Source: Obrimoposthia wandeli
Taxonomy: Eukaryota
Assembly: GCA_977020255.1 (NCBI GenBank)
Contig: CDROCS010003917.1
Span: 124,001 to 188,000, forward strand
Direction of reading: 5' to 3'
DNA length: 64,000 nucleotides
Shown here: one piece after another, positions 38,837 to 51,375 of the stretch
Layout: the number at the start of each line of letters is the position of its first letter
Numbering within the stretch: the first letter of the stretch is position 1
The notes under the pieces: model-generated
What the model saw: only the letters and a program-made list of their open reading frames with translations
Databases searched by the model: none
What the model was told of the DNA's origin: nothing
Made by a program: the position numbers and the translations under genes

Positions 38837-41719
38837 ATGGAAATAGGTTTTCGTGAGTGGTTAATAGTGGGGGCGATAATAGTCATTTTATTGATTATTA
38901 TTGACGGATGGCGTCGAATGAGGGCGCAAAGTAATTCACTTAAAATAGATATTGATGATAAGTTATCTGACTTAGGTGAAGATAGTTATAATCCTGAATT
39001 ACCCTTAGGCACCGCGCGCGTATTTAAGCCTAAAGATAATGAACAAAAAACATCATCAACTAAACCAGCGCAAAATGAAGCAAAAGGGCGTGCGCAAAGT
39101 TATACTCAATCTCCAGCTATTGAAATCAACAATGCTCATAATAAGGCCGTTATAAAATCAGCTGTAAGTAATAATAAACCACTCCTTGATACAAACTCTC
39201 TGCCCTCATCAGTGTCAGAAGAAGCAGTAAATGAACATAGTGCATCTAGTAGTGTTCTGAATGTTGATACTATCAATTCTGAAGCTGCTAAACACCCTGC
39301 TTACGGTGAAAGTGTAAATGAAAATTTCATAAGTAAACCTCCCCACCCTGAGAAAACACAGCCACCAGTCACAGCGCAGACGCTTAGAGAAGATGTACTA
39401 GCGAGAGATGCTAATTTTTCAGGTAATGTGCCTGTAACAGAATCAATCTTAGAAGTAGCGCCTAGTAAAGAACCGATTCAAACGGCTGATATAGGTTTTT
39501 CAGCGTTAGACTCATTGGTTGATACAAAAGATATTGAAGCTGAGAAAGAATCGTTTACTGTTCCTGATATCTTAAAGAAAGAGAGTTTTACTAAGAGTGA
39601 TATTGAGCATCATTCACGTAAAAACAGTAATGCGTTGGCAGGGCCAACACATATTTCTCCGGAAGAAGATGCATTAGTTAACAACGCTGAAATTAACACT
39701 AACAGCAGTGAAAATATGGTCGCTGCAACTGAAGATACGGATCATATAGTTAATAGTCTATTACATAACTTGGCGTTGTCTAAGCAAGAGACAGTAGATA
39801 AAACGAATGATTTTCAATTGCCTGTCTCAAGTATTCCTGAGCAAAGTGAACAATACATTGATCAAGGTGTTAGTGAGTCTAATGTAACTGCAAGTGTTGA
39901 TTTAGGGCCCGATAAATTTGAACAACTTTTAGCAGAGAGAGACCAAAAAGGTTCTCTGGTAGCGCCTATATTCTCACCAGAGCATCAATCAAATGCGTTA
40001 TCCACCCCTAGTACTTCTATAGAGCAATTAGAGCAGGAGCTACAGGCTGCTGTTGATGAACCTTTATCTATAAATACAGTGTCAAGCGTAGATAGCGATG
40101 ATGAGTATAATACAGAGGTAAGTTCTTCACCTGTTCAAATGAATGAAGTGTCAACTAATGAAGTTTCTAGCTCTCAAAATTCTGCTATCAACTACCATCA
40201 ACATCAACATGAAGCAGAATACTCATCAGAACTAATGCCAAACTATGGTCATGATGAAACACCTGCTGAACTGCATAATATTGAGGTTGAGTCACAAAAA
40301 GACGATCATCTTACCGAAATAGAAGTACTTAAAGCTCGGCTTAAGGAGCTCGCACCACAAGAGCTTGTTCAGTCGGACCTAACGAACGAGCCAAAAGATT
40401 CTGCAATTGTAAAGCATGAGAATAGCTTTGACGAAAGGTTGGAAACTGAAGTTGAGCAGATCCCATTTGCTGGTCAGCAAACTGCAGATAATCTAACCAC
40501 AGTAATCGACGACGATGTTAGTTTAGAAGATCTAACTAGTGAGTTATCAGCTCACCATCTAGGCAGTTCAAATCCAGATTTAATTGAATCGTTTGAGTTA
40601 TCAGCAGTTGAAATGACTTCGCAGCCCAGTCTAAATCAAAATGCTGATCCATTGATGGATGGTTTTCAAAACAGCGTAGCAACTAAAGATTTAATGTCTC
40701 AGTTTGAGCATGATTTGAAGCAAGATGGGCAAGTAGTTGCCAATGAGTTGGATCTGCCTATTACAGAGCTCATCAAAAAGAATAAAGCAATTCCTACTGA
40801 CTCTTCTACAAAAAATGAAGCTAGATTAGATGCTTCAACCCCCTCAAGTTTTGATCATTCTCAAGTAGATAACAATCAGCAAAATCGCTTTGAAATAGAT
40901 CCTTTATTAGATAACGATATGTTGTCTGAAAGCGTATTATCAGGTGATGACTTTGATGATGATCAGCAAGAGGCTTTTTTAAACAGTAAAGAGTCCTCCA
41001 TTAACGAAGATGATAATTTAGGTTTTACGGCATTGGAGCAAGGGTACGGTGGCGACCCATTAATGACAGGCTTTGACGAGGTAGAAATTGAATCCAAAGA
41101 AGAACAGCAACAAAGTTTAGAAGATAAACTGCTACCTCTAAAAACAACATTATTTGAGAGTGATGAAGATAGCGAACAAGCAAGTTACCAGGAAAGCCTG
41201 TTCATAGAATCTGAAACATTAAATTCAATACAAAAATCGACAAAAGACACCAAGACGCCACGGAAGGTAATTACGAATGTTGAAGATCCAAATTCGGTAT
41301 TGATTGTCACGGTAGTCGCTAAAGATCAGTATTTAAATGGCGCGGTTTTACGCCATGTGGTTGAAGCATGTGGTATGGAATTTGGAGATATGAAAGTTTT
41401 TCATCGCTTCGAAGATGGGGCAGATCAAGGAGCTGTGCAGTTTAGTATGGCAAATGCAATCAACCCAGGTACATTCAATATAGAAAATATGGACGATACA
41501 GCTACTCCTGGCGTTTCTTTCTTTATGTCCATGGATGAGCCAGTTGATCCTAAAAAAGCGTTTGAATGCATGATAGCCACCGCCGAAACAGTCGCCACTC
41601 ACTTAAACGGTGACCTTTTAGACGACGACAGATCGGTTATTAGACCACAAACGAAAGAGCATTACCGCGAGCGTGTACGTATCCACGAAATGAATAAACT
41701 GAGCCGGCGTGCCCTATAG
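38837..41719 (+). CDS. zipA: Cell division protein ZipA with a greatly extended acidic linker (960 aa)
   Basis: N-terminal anchor REWLIVGAIIVILLIIIDGWRR; C-terminal FtsZ-binding domain (GMEFGDMKVFHR, FSMANAINPGTF, TPGVSFFM, LDDDRS); upstream of ligA. Confidence 0.85.
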   Translation: MEIGFREWLIVGAIIVILLIIIDGWRRMRAQSNSLKIDIDDKLSDLGEDSYNPELPLGTARVFKPKDNEQKTSSTKPAQNEAKGRAQSYTQSPAIEINNAHNKAVIKSAVSNNKPLLDTNSLPSSVSEEAVNEHSASSSVLNVDTINSEAAKHPAYGESVNENFISKPPHPEKTQPPVTAQTLREDVLARDANFSGNVPVTESILEVAPSKEPIQTADIGFSALDSLVDTKDIEAEKESFTVPDILKKESFTKSDIEHHSRKNSNALAGPTHISPEEDALVNNAEINTNSSENMVAATEDTDHIVNSLLHNLALSKQETVDKTNDFQLPVSSIPEQSEQYIDQGVSESNVTASVDLGPDKFEQLLAERDQKGSLVAPIFSPEHQSNALSTPSTSIEQLEQELQAAVDEPLSINTVSSVDSDDEYNTEVSSSPVQMNEVSTNEVSSSQNSAINYHQHQHEAEYSSELMPNYGHDETPAELHNIEVESQKDDHLTEIEVLKARLKELAPQELVQSDLTNEPKDSAIVKHENSFDERLETEVEQIPFAGQQTADNLTTVIDDDVSLEDLTSELSAHHLGSSNPDLIESFELSAVEMTSQPSLNQNADPLMDGFQNSVATKDLMSQFEHDLKQDGQVVANELDLPITELIKKNKAIPTDSSTKNEARLDASTPSSFDHSQVDNNQQNRFEIDPLLDNDMLSESVLSGDDFDDDQQEAFLNSKESSINEDDNLGFTALEQGYGGDPLMTGFDEVEIESKEEQQQSLEDKLLPLKTTLFESDEDSEQASYQESLFIESETLNSIQKSTKDTKTPRKVITNVEDPNSVLIVTVVAKDQYLNGAVLRHVVEACGMEFGDMKVFHRFEDGADQGAVQFSMANAINPGTFNIENMDDTATPGVSFFMSMDEPVDPKKAFECMIATAETVATHLNGDLLDDDRSVIRPQTKEHYRERVRIHEMNKLSRRAL

Positions 41720-41885
41720 TTAAATATGTTTTACGCTAATCAGGTTAACAAAATAATTATCAATTAAGCATCGCTGGCTATTCGTATTGAAAGTGATAAC
41801 TTTAGCCAGTAAGTGATATACATTTAATATAGAAGGTTAAGAAAGAAGCGGGTGTTTGTTAGCGCTACTTTAGGTTTATTGCTAA

Positions 41886-44224
<2,339 letters not shown>

Positions 44225-44283
44225 GCGCTAAGCTAAGTTGATTATTATAACTGCTTACGACAGCAATGTATTAAAAACAACGG

Positions 44284-44925
44284 TTAAGCCCATCCTTCTA
44301 TGTGTGCACCGCTAATAATTAACCTTAAGAGATCAGCTCGACAAACAATACCGACTAACTGCTCTGAGTGATCGAAAATTGGGATTGCATTGATATCAAA
44401 TTCTAAAAAACATGCCGCTATTTGAGTAATTTCTGTATGCGGCGCACCTGCTATTAGTTTATGAGAATAAAACTGGGTGATGCTTTGTGTTGAATCTTTT
44501 CCTTGTGCCAATATATCTTTGGCGGTGAGAATACCAACCGGTTTATTACTGTTATCAACCACCATTAAGTGATTAATGCTTAATGCTTGCATACGCTCCC
44601 AAGCTGAATGCACAGTAGTACCTTCGACCACTTTGTGCACTGGGGCACTCATTATTTGCTCAGCGATTAACCCTTGTTTCTTAGCTGCTGGACCAATAGA
44701 AGGCTTTAAGTCGTCATAAGTGCCATTAGATGACTCCTCTCGTGGCGCACTTGTGCGTTCCATAATTTTACGAAATTCGTTATTCTTAGTTTGTAAATCC
44801 CTTTCGTTATGGGTGCTGCTATGCATTTTTTCACCAGCACTAGTCTGGTCTACGCCTTTGTCTGGTAAAAGGGTGCGTAACGGTGTTTTAACTCTGTGTC
44901 CTTGATCAATAATGGCGAAAGACAT
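44284..44925 (-). CDS. CBS-domain-containing protein
   Basis: Tandem CBS motifs (AEQIMSAPV..LMVVD..GILT and IPIFD..VGIV.RADLL) after an N-terminal extension. Confidence 0.8.
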   Translation of the reverse strand: MSFAIIDQGHRVKTPLRTLLPDKGVDQTSAGEKMHSSTHNERDLQTKNNEFRKIMERTSAPREESSNGTYDDLKPSIGPAAKKQGLIAEQIMSAPVHKVVEGTTVHSAWERMQALSINHLMVVDNSNKPVGILTAKDILAQGKDSTQSITQFYSHKLIAGAPHTEITQIAACFLEFDINAIPIFDHSEQLVGIVCRADLLRLIISGAHIEGWA

Positions 44926-45046
44926 ATGAGACCTCCGTTTTTTAATTAAGTTATAACTCGTTGAAAACCGACTATTGCATCTGAGCTATTAGTGCTTTTT
45001 ACTAAGACAACAAATAAGTGAGTTTTATCAATTTACTTTATAGTAG

Positions 45047-47050
45047 TTATATCGCCCGACGAATCAATTGCTTGATGACAAATCTAGCAGGGTGCAATGC
45101 ATTCGACAAATCTGCTGGTAAAGGGCTTGGTTGGTTAGTGATTAAGCACGCCAAGTGCTCGGCGCTTAATGGGCAAGTTATCAAGCCTTTTGCTCCGTGT
45201 CCAGTATTGATATACAACCCGTGAAAGTTAGGTGCAGGTGAGTTTTCAAAACGCCAATTTTTATCTTTTCGCAATTTTGCGTATTTCTCAATGAATTGTT
45301 GATGAATAGGTGCTGGACCAACTAATGGCAGATAGTCAGGACTAGAACATCGCTGTGCAACTTTACCTTGCAGTTTATTTGATAAAGGTAATTTTGCTGC
45401 GAACTCTGGCAATACTTTTTTAAGGTTTTTGATATTTGTTTGCTGGTCTAAATGCTTTAATTGGGAATCTTGACTATGTAAATCAAAACTGGCGCCAAAG
45501 CAAAACTGCTTGTTTGTAGCAGGAGATATGTAACCAGCACCACAAACCACAGTTTTTAAATCGTTATCAACTGGTGCTTCACAGTGAGTCACTTGACCGC
45601 GAATAGCTTTAGTTGATAATTCATGTAGTTGTGAGAACTGCTTAGCGCTGTTCGCATTGGCAACGATAACAGCATCAAAAGTAAATTCTTGGTCGTCTAT
45701 TGAACTAAGTTGCCAGCGATTATCCGACAGCTGGGTCAAATCAGTAATTTCAGTATTGAGTACTAGGCCTATATTGCTAGCAGAAATAATTTTGTGGCAA
45801 AAACTTTTGGGCGCTACCCAGCCCGCCCGGGGAAAAAATAAGCCACTGAAAAGTGTCTTAGTTCCAGCAAGTAACGAAGCTTGCTCGGCATCAACCCAGT
45901 AGACAACACTATCGTGATAACAGTTTTGAGTAAGCAAGTCTTGCTGTTGAGCTGCTTCTTTATCATTTGTCGCTAATTGTAATAAGCCACACTGTTGCGC
46001 TATCTCATTATCAAAACATTGATAAATTTTTAACAAGCGTAAACTGTATTCCAGCCCTGTTAGATGAAACTCGCCGCTGACAGTGGGTTTTGAAGGTAGT
46101 TTGGCATATAAAGCGCCTTGCATATTACCGGATGCATGGGCACATATATCGCTAGCCCCATCAAAAATCGTAACTTGCACACCTCTTCTAGCTAATGCTT
46201 CAGCACTAGTGCAACCTGCTAAGCCTGCACCAATTATGGCTACATGTTTGATGTTATTAATCGGTGTTTGTTTATTTAGCTTAAAGTTGTCCTCTTGGAG
46301 GTTAAACCAAGGTTTGGCTGTAGGGCGATCTAATTTTTTCTGGGTGAATAGTCCGCTAATCATTTCGCGTTTTTTACCAAAACCATTGTGCTTTTTTATT
46401 TCAAATCCTGTTTCTTGTAGTGCCCGGCGTACAAAACCTGCTGAGGTAAAGGTTGAGAGTGTAGTAGAGTCAACTTCACTTAATCGAGCGAGTTGTTCAA
46501 ATAGTGCGGGTTGCCACATATCAATGTTTTTCGCGGGAGAAAAACCGTCTAAATACCATGCTTGTGTAACGTGCTGGCATTGTTTGAAAGCTGATAAGCT
46601 ATCATCGAATATGAGTGTTAGATAGAGACCTCCTTCATTAATTATTATGCGATGAAAACCTTTAATAGGGGGAGGATACTGTGCGCAAATTTGATCTGTA
46701 ATGTGCTTAAATTGCGTAAAACTAGCGACTGATTTCTTAAAGTCATCCACAGATAAAGGAAAAAACTCGCTGGAAAAAAAATAAAGAGGTTTGCTAGAAA
46801 CTATGGACGTGGCTTCTTCTATCGCCGCTATCGTACAGTAAAAATTAAGACCAGTACCAAATCCCGTTTCATTTATACAAAAGTAATTAGCGCTTAATGA
46901 ACTGTAACGATTAACTATGTTGTTAGGGTTGACAAAAACGTGAAGCGTTTCGTCCATGCCGCCATCTGAATTATAATAATAGTCTTCAAATTGCTGTGAA
47001 TAAGGAGTGTCATCTTTCCATTGAATAGTACTGGTTTGTATTAGTTTCAT
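45047..47050 (-). CDS. mnmC: Bifunctional tRNA mnm5s2U34 biosynthesis protein MnmC
   Basis: Methyltransferase part ETGFGTGLNF, WYLDGFSPAKN, GFGKKREM; FAD oxidase part IIGAGLAG, ASGN and GLITCPL. Confidence 0.95.
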   Translation of the reverse strand: MKLIQTSTIQWKDDTPYSQQFEDYYYNSDGGMDETLHVFVNPNNIVNRYSSLSANYFCINETGFGTGLNFYCTIAAIEEATSIVSSKPLYFFSSEFFPLSVDDFKKSVASFTQFKHITDQICAQYPPPIKGFHRIIINEGGLYLTLIFDDSLSAFKQCQHVTQAWYLDGFSPAKNIDMWQPALFEQLARLSEVDSTTLSTFTSAGFVRRALQETGFEIKKHNGFGKKREMISGLFTQKKLDRPTAKPWFNLQEDNFKLNKQTPINNIKHVAIIGAGLAGCTSAEALARRGVQVTIFDGASDICAHASGNMQGALYAKLPSKPTVSGEFHLTGLEYSLRLLKIYQCFDNEIAQQCGLLQLATNDKEAAQQQDLLTQNCYHDSVVYWVDAEQASLLAGTKTLFSGLFFPRAGWVAPKSFCHKIISASNIGLVLNTEITDLTQLSDNRWQLSSIDDQEFTFDAVIVANANSAKQFSQLHELSTKAIRGQVTHCEAPVDNDLKTVVCGAGYISPATNKQFCFGASFDLHSQDSQLKHLDQQTNIKNLKKVLPEFAAKLPLSNKLQGKVAQRCSSPDYLPLVGPAPIHQQFIEKYAKLRKDKNWRFENSPAPNFHGLYINTGHGAKGLITCPLSAEHLACLITNQPSPLPADLSNALHPARFVIKQLIRRAI

Positions 47051-47181
47051 GAACTTATTTTAACAGTAAATGGTAGGGGTTATGTAGAACAACTGCTAAT
47101 ATAGCTGCGGTTTTTGGATTATGCCATTAAAGATATTTACATATCTGGATAATAATTTTTATATTATTAAAGGGAAGTAAA

Positions 47182-48348
47182 ATGAAGATAGCAGTTGCGG
47201 GTACTGGCTACGTCGGATTATCTAATGCAATGTTATTGGCGCAGCATCATCAAGTGGTTGCCGTTGATATTGATAGCGCAAAAATAGAGCTTCTAAATAA
47301 CAAGCAATCGCCAATCGTGGATGCTGAAATTGAACAGTTTTTACAAAAAAGTACCCTTAATTTTACCGCCACCACAGATGCTGAACTAGCCTATAAAGAT
47401 GCCGACTATGTCGTTATTGCTACTCCAACGGATTATGATCACACCACTAATTATTTCGACACATCGACAGTCGAAAAGGTAATAGCGACGGTTAACGAGA
47501 TAAACCCTGCTGCTATTATGGTGATAAAATCGACGGTACCTGTTGGCTTCACACAAAGAATTAAAAGTAGCACTGTCAACAGTAATATTATTTTTTCGCC
47601 GGAGTTTTTAAGAGAAGGAAAGGCGTTATATGATAATTTATACCCTTCTAGAATTATAGTCGGAGAGCAAAGCGAAAGGGCAAAAATTTTTGCAAACATG
47701 CAGGCACAAGGAGCCATAAAACAGAACATTGAAATCTTGCTATTAGACTCAACTGAAGCCGAAGCGGTTAAATTATTTTCCAATACTTATTTAGCAATGC
47801 GCGTGGCTTATTTTAATGAACTGGATACTTATTGTGAAAGTATTAATATCAGTAGCAAGCAAGTGATAGAAGGCGTCGGTTTAGACCCGAGGATTGGGAG
47901 TCATTATAATAACCCATCGTTTGGTTATGGCGGTTATTGCCTGCCCAAAGATACGAAACAGTTATTGGCGAATTACCATGAAGTTCCAAATAACTTAATA
48001 GGCGCTATTGTGAATGCTAATGTAACAAGAAAGGATTTTGTTGCGGATCAAATTCTTAAGAGAAAGCCTAAAACAGTGGGGATTTATCGTTTAGTGATGA
48101 AGCAAGGTTCTGATAATTACAGAGCTTCAGCTATTCAAGGTATCATGAAAAGAATCAAAGCCAAAGGTGTCAATGTTGTTATCTTTGAACCTAGTTGTAA
48201 CGAGCAAAGCTTTTTTAATTCTCAAGTGATTAATGACATAGATATATTTAAGCAAATAAGTGACGTTATTGTCGCTAACCGTTTCGATGAGTGCCTCGAA
48301 GACGTTATTGCTAAAGTATATACTCGCGATTTGTTTGGCCAAGACTAG
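47182..48348 (+). CDS. ugd: UDP-glucose 6-dehydrogenase
   Basis: [23 protein letters not shown] and [10 protein letters not shown] motifs. Confidence 0.93.
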   Translation: MKIAVAGTGYVGLSNAMLLAQHHQVVAVDIDSAKIELLNNKQSPIVDAEIEQFLQKSTLNFTATTDAELAYKDADYVVIATPTDYDHTTNYFDTSTVEKVIATVNEINPAAIMVIKSTVPVGFTQRIKSSTVNSNIIFSPEFLREGKALYDNLYPSRIIVGEQSERAKIFANMQAQGAIKQNIEILLLDSTEAEAVKLFSNTYLAMRVAYFNELDTYCESINISSKQVIEGVGLDPRIGSHYNNPSFGYGGYCLPKDTKQLLANYHEVPNNLIGAIVNANVTRKDFVADQILKRKPKTVGIYRLVMKQGSDNYRASAIQGIMKRIKAKGVNVVIFEPSCNEQSFFNSQVINDIDIFKQISDVIVANRFDECLEDVIAKVYTRDLFGQD

Positions 48349-48419
48349 TGTTGATCTATTGATATTCAATTGGCCTTAAGGTTCATTGAATCTGCGTTGT
48401 AGTTATATTCATCAATAAT

Positions 48420-48635
48420 TTAATGACTGCTGAGTATTCGTTTAATTTTAACTGCCTTTTCAAAATGATCTAGTTGCTCTGTGGCAATCCACCAAGTCGC
48501 CACTTCCATTAAAAGTAGTGGATCATCATTCTTGTTGGCAAAAAAAGCGTAAAAAGAAAGCCCTACATTATCTCCTTTTTGTGCTATTTTCGTATCACAT
48601 ATCTGCATCATTTTGGCTTTCAAGCTTGCTTGCAT
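48420..48635 (-). CDS. Conserved small hypothetical protein (resembles the DUF6500 family)
   Basis: KGDNVGLSFYAFFANKNDDPLLLMEVATWWI..HFEKA recalled as a conserved DUF motif. The ATG at 48635 has an AAGGT RBS. Confidence 0.65.
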   Translation of the reverse strand: MQASLKAKMMQICDTKIAQKGDNVGLSFYAFFANKNDDPLLLMEVATWWIATEQLDHFEKAVKIKRILSSH

Positions 48636-48841
48636 AATATACCTTAAAAATTGAATAGATTTGAGCAAAGGTTAGGTTTGGCTGCTCCTCATGTGAGTAA
48701 AAATGACTCTTATTAAGAGGGAGTTTAATTTTATGATCATTTAAGTGATGTTAAAAATAGTCCAAATTTTATCATTTAAACGATAACCTTTGCTATGTAC
48801 AGTTTTTTGCCTTTATAGCTGATAACGACGACAAGTTCTTG

Positions 48842-49039
48842 TTAGACGGTTTCAACCACATTCGCATATTTACTAGCTGTTTCTTTACGTTGTTGGAACA
48901 CTTGAAAAACAGCAATAGTAATGAATATAAAGAAACAAACGCCTAATACCGCTAACCCTATGGTAGCAAAACTAAGTAGCATGAAGATACTTAAAGCAAT
49001 GGCTGCAACTGCGATTAAAATAGCACGTAATTTTTTCAT
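48842..49039 (-). CDS. Small (65 aa) membrane protein
   Basis: AGGAG RBS, basic N-terminus, long hydrophobic stretch and charged tail. Confidence 0.65.
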   Translation of the reverse strand: MKKLRAILIAVAAIALSIFMLLSFATIGLAVLGVCFFIFITIAVFQVFQQRKETASKYANVVETV

Positions 49040-49146
49040 TTTAAAACTCCTATAAAAGATTGAGTTGATGATAAGGCAGCTTTTCTATTAAGCTTGATCA
49101 CTTGCTCATCAATAAAGCTATTATCTATTTATAAGCTTGGCTAAAG

Positions 49147-49173
49147 CTGACGCTAAGTTTACATTTTTGTAAT
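49147..49173 (-). promoter_or_regulatory. Candidate OmpR-family (CopR/CusR-like) binding site 1
   Basis: Minus strand ATTACAAAAATGTAAACTTAGCGTCAG; 21 of 27 positions identical to 52119-52145. Confidence 0.6.
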
Positions 49174-49352
49174 ATAGCGTATTGCTTGCAGCACATGAAA
49201 TTCAAAACTTCAGAGGTAAATACATTGTTGATAGTGATGAGTTTGGTGATTATAAGATGGAGTAATATGATTGGAATAATTAGAAGTTACATATCTATCT
49301 ACCTATTCAACTAGCTAAATAACAATATATCTAAGAACTTAGCTTTCGTGTC

Positions 49353-50714
49353 TTAAGGAAATACAATACAAACCTTTAAGCCTGGGTTGTTTGTTTGTTT
49401 ATCGTCATTGCTGGACAATACAAGTTTAGCTCGATGTAATTGGCTAATAGTATCTACTAAAGAAAGCCCTAATCCGTTACCAGGCGAATGCCTACTTTGT
49501 TCAAGGCGATACATGGGTTGTAGCACTTTAAGGCGCAATTCTTCGTTAATTCCAGGGCCATTATCTGCTACAAATAGCTGCTTACCTTGACAAGCTAAAG
49601 TGATAATACTGCCAGACGGAGTGTGGCGTATTGCGTTTTCAAGTAAATTAGCAATTAACTGGATAATTAACTCTCTGTCCCCGGAAAAAAGGTGCATTGA
49701 ATCAACTTTCAACTTCAAGATATGTTGGCTGTCTTCAATAACAGGGCGATAAATCTCTGCTGTTTCAGTGATAAGTGAAGCAAGAGAACACTCTTTGAAA
49801 CGCTCACGATATTGCCCAGAACTCAGGTGTGCAATGCGTAAGATAGCTTCAAAAGTCGCTATAATTTGATCACTTTGTTCTAGGGAATCATTTAGCGCTT
49901 GGTGAATGATATTAGTATTAACTTTCTGCTTTTCACTTTCTACAACTGCTGTTTCCAATTTAGCCCTTAAGCGCGCCATTGGTGTTTTCAAATCGTGCGC
50001 AATATTTGCCGATAAATTCTTACTTTGTTGTAATAGAGTTTCTAAACGTAAAGTCGTGGAGTCGATATGTAGTGCAACTTGATCTAAGTCATCAGCATTT
50101 TGAGGTGGGTTGATCCTGGTAGTTAAGTCTCCAGCTGCAATGGTATTTAAAGCCGTACTAATATTGCTATAACGACGTTGATTTCTAAAGCCTAAATACA
50201 AACCCACAAATAAAGTAATGACGGTGCTTAAAAGACCAATGATTATAAAAAGTTTCGTTACTATCTCTAATACTTCGTAACGTTGCTCCATATTAATAGC
50301 GACTAGCAGGATGCCAGAGTTATTCGGGATATTATCGCTTAGTATTCGCCAAGTATCTCTATGACCTTCAAATTTTAATTTGTGATTAGAAAAACCTGTT
50401 GGTGAAAGTAAATCGCTATACTCAGGGCCAATAACATTCCCATTGAAACTTTTTAACGTTGCAAACAATAGAGCGCTATGTGGCAATTTAACATCGAGTA
50501 AAGATGTTGCCAATATTTGCTCAGCTAAAGCTTGGTGGGTACTACTCAGCTCTAAATTAACAGTTTCTTCAATTTCATTCTTTATAAGTACGATACTGGC
50601 AAAACCTGCGAGTAATAAAATGGTTAAGAAAGTGAGAGTAAGCATGCAAGCTTGGCGAACAGCAGTCATTCTTAGTAAGGTTTTTTTTAATCTAAGACGC
50701 TTGTTCAAGGACAT
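49353..50714 (-). CDS. Sensor histidine kinase (two TM segments, HAMP, HisKA, HATPase)
   Basis: IAHDLKTP, NLLENAIRH, DNGPG and GNGLGL motifs. Confidence 0.93.
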   Translation of the reverse strand: MSLNKRLRLKKTLLRMTAVRQACMLTLTFLTILLLAGFASIVLIKNEIEETVNLELSSTHQALAEQILATSLLDVKLPHSALLFATLKSFNGNVIGPEYSDLLSPTGFSNHKLKFEGHRDTWRILSDNIPNNSGILLVAINMEQRYEVLEIVTKLFIIIGLLSTVITLFVGLYLGFRNQRRYSNISTALNTIAAGDLTTRINPPQNADDLDQVALHIDSTTLRLETLLQQSKNLSANIAHDLKTPMARLRAKLETAVVESEKQKVNTNIIHQALNDSLEQSDQIIATFEAILRIAHLSSGQYRERFKECSLASLITETAEIYRPVIEDSQHILKLKVDSMHLFSGDRELIIQLIANLLENAIRHTPSGSIITLACQGKQLFVADNGPGINEELRLKVLQPMYRLEQSRHSPGNGLGLSLVDTISQLHRAKLVLSSNDDKQTNNPGLKVCIVFP

Positions 50715-51375
50715 AACCTGCGCCTCGTACTGTCTTTATTATTTTTGTCGCAAAACCTTTTTCAATTTTAGTACGTAAACGACTAATATGCGTTTCAACC
50801 ACACTCGTAGTTGGATCAAAACGTAAATCCCACACTTTTTCTAAAAGCATTGTTTTTGTTTGCATTCGCCCTGGGTTCTTCAAAAATATTTCTAATAGTA
50901 AAAACTCTTTAGTATTGAGTTCTATCTTTTGACCGTTACGCCGGCATTGTCTACTCAGTAAATCTAGGCTTAAATCCGAAAAAGTAAGTAGTGACTGTAC
51001 TTCACTACTTTCGGGTAGAGCCCGCCTACCTAATGCAGCTACTCTAGCTAACAATTCCGTGAAAGCAAACGGCTTTGTCAGGTAATCATCGCCACCTGCT
51101 TCTAATCCGTCCACGCGATCACTCACTTCCCCTAAGGCTGATAAAAACAGCACTGGCACTTTATTTTTGGCTGCGCGCATTGCTTTTAAAACGGATAAGC
51201 CATCAAGACCAGGTGTCATGCGATCGAGTATGACTAAATCATAATCATTAGTAGTAGCAGCAACTAATGCGTGCCGTCCATTTGAAAATAGATCTACAAC
51301 ATGACCTGCACTTTGTAAACCTTCCTGGACCCAAGGCCCTAACTCACAGTCGTCTTCAAGTACTAAAATTCGCAT
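50692..51375 (-). CDS. OmpR-family response regulator (CusR/CopR-like)
   Basis: MRILVLED, DLVILDRMTPG, GGDDYLTKPF and VVETHISRLR..TVRGAGY motifs. Confidence 0.93.
   Translation of the reverse strand: MRILVLEDDCELGPWVQEGLQSAGHVVDLFSNGRHALVAATTNDYDLVILDRMTPGLDGLSVLKAMRAAKNKVPVLFLSALGEVSDRVDGLEAGGDDYLTKPFAFTELLARVAALGRRALPESSEVQSLLTFSDLSLDLLSRQCRRNGQKIELNTKEFLLLEIFLKNPGRMQTKTMLLEKVWDLRFDPTTSVVETHISRLRTKIEKGFATKIIKTVRGAGYVLEQAS

Noticed and set aside
49195-49320. Short + strand ORF (MKFKTSEV...) downstream of binding site 1
   Set aside because: It has no RBS and no recognisable features; the site is better explained as serving the minus-strand small gene.
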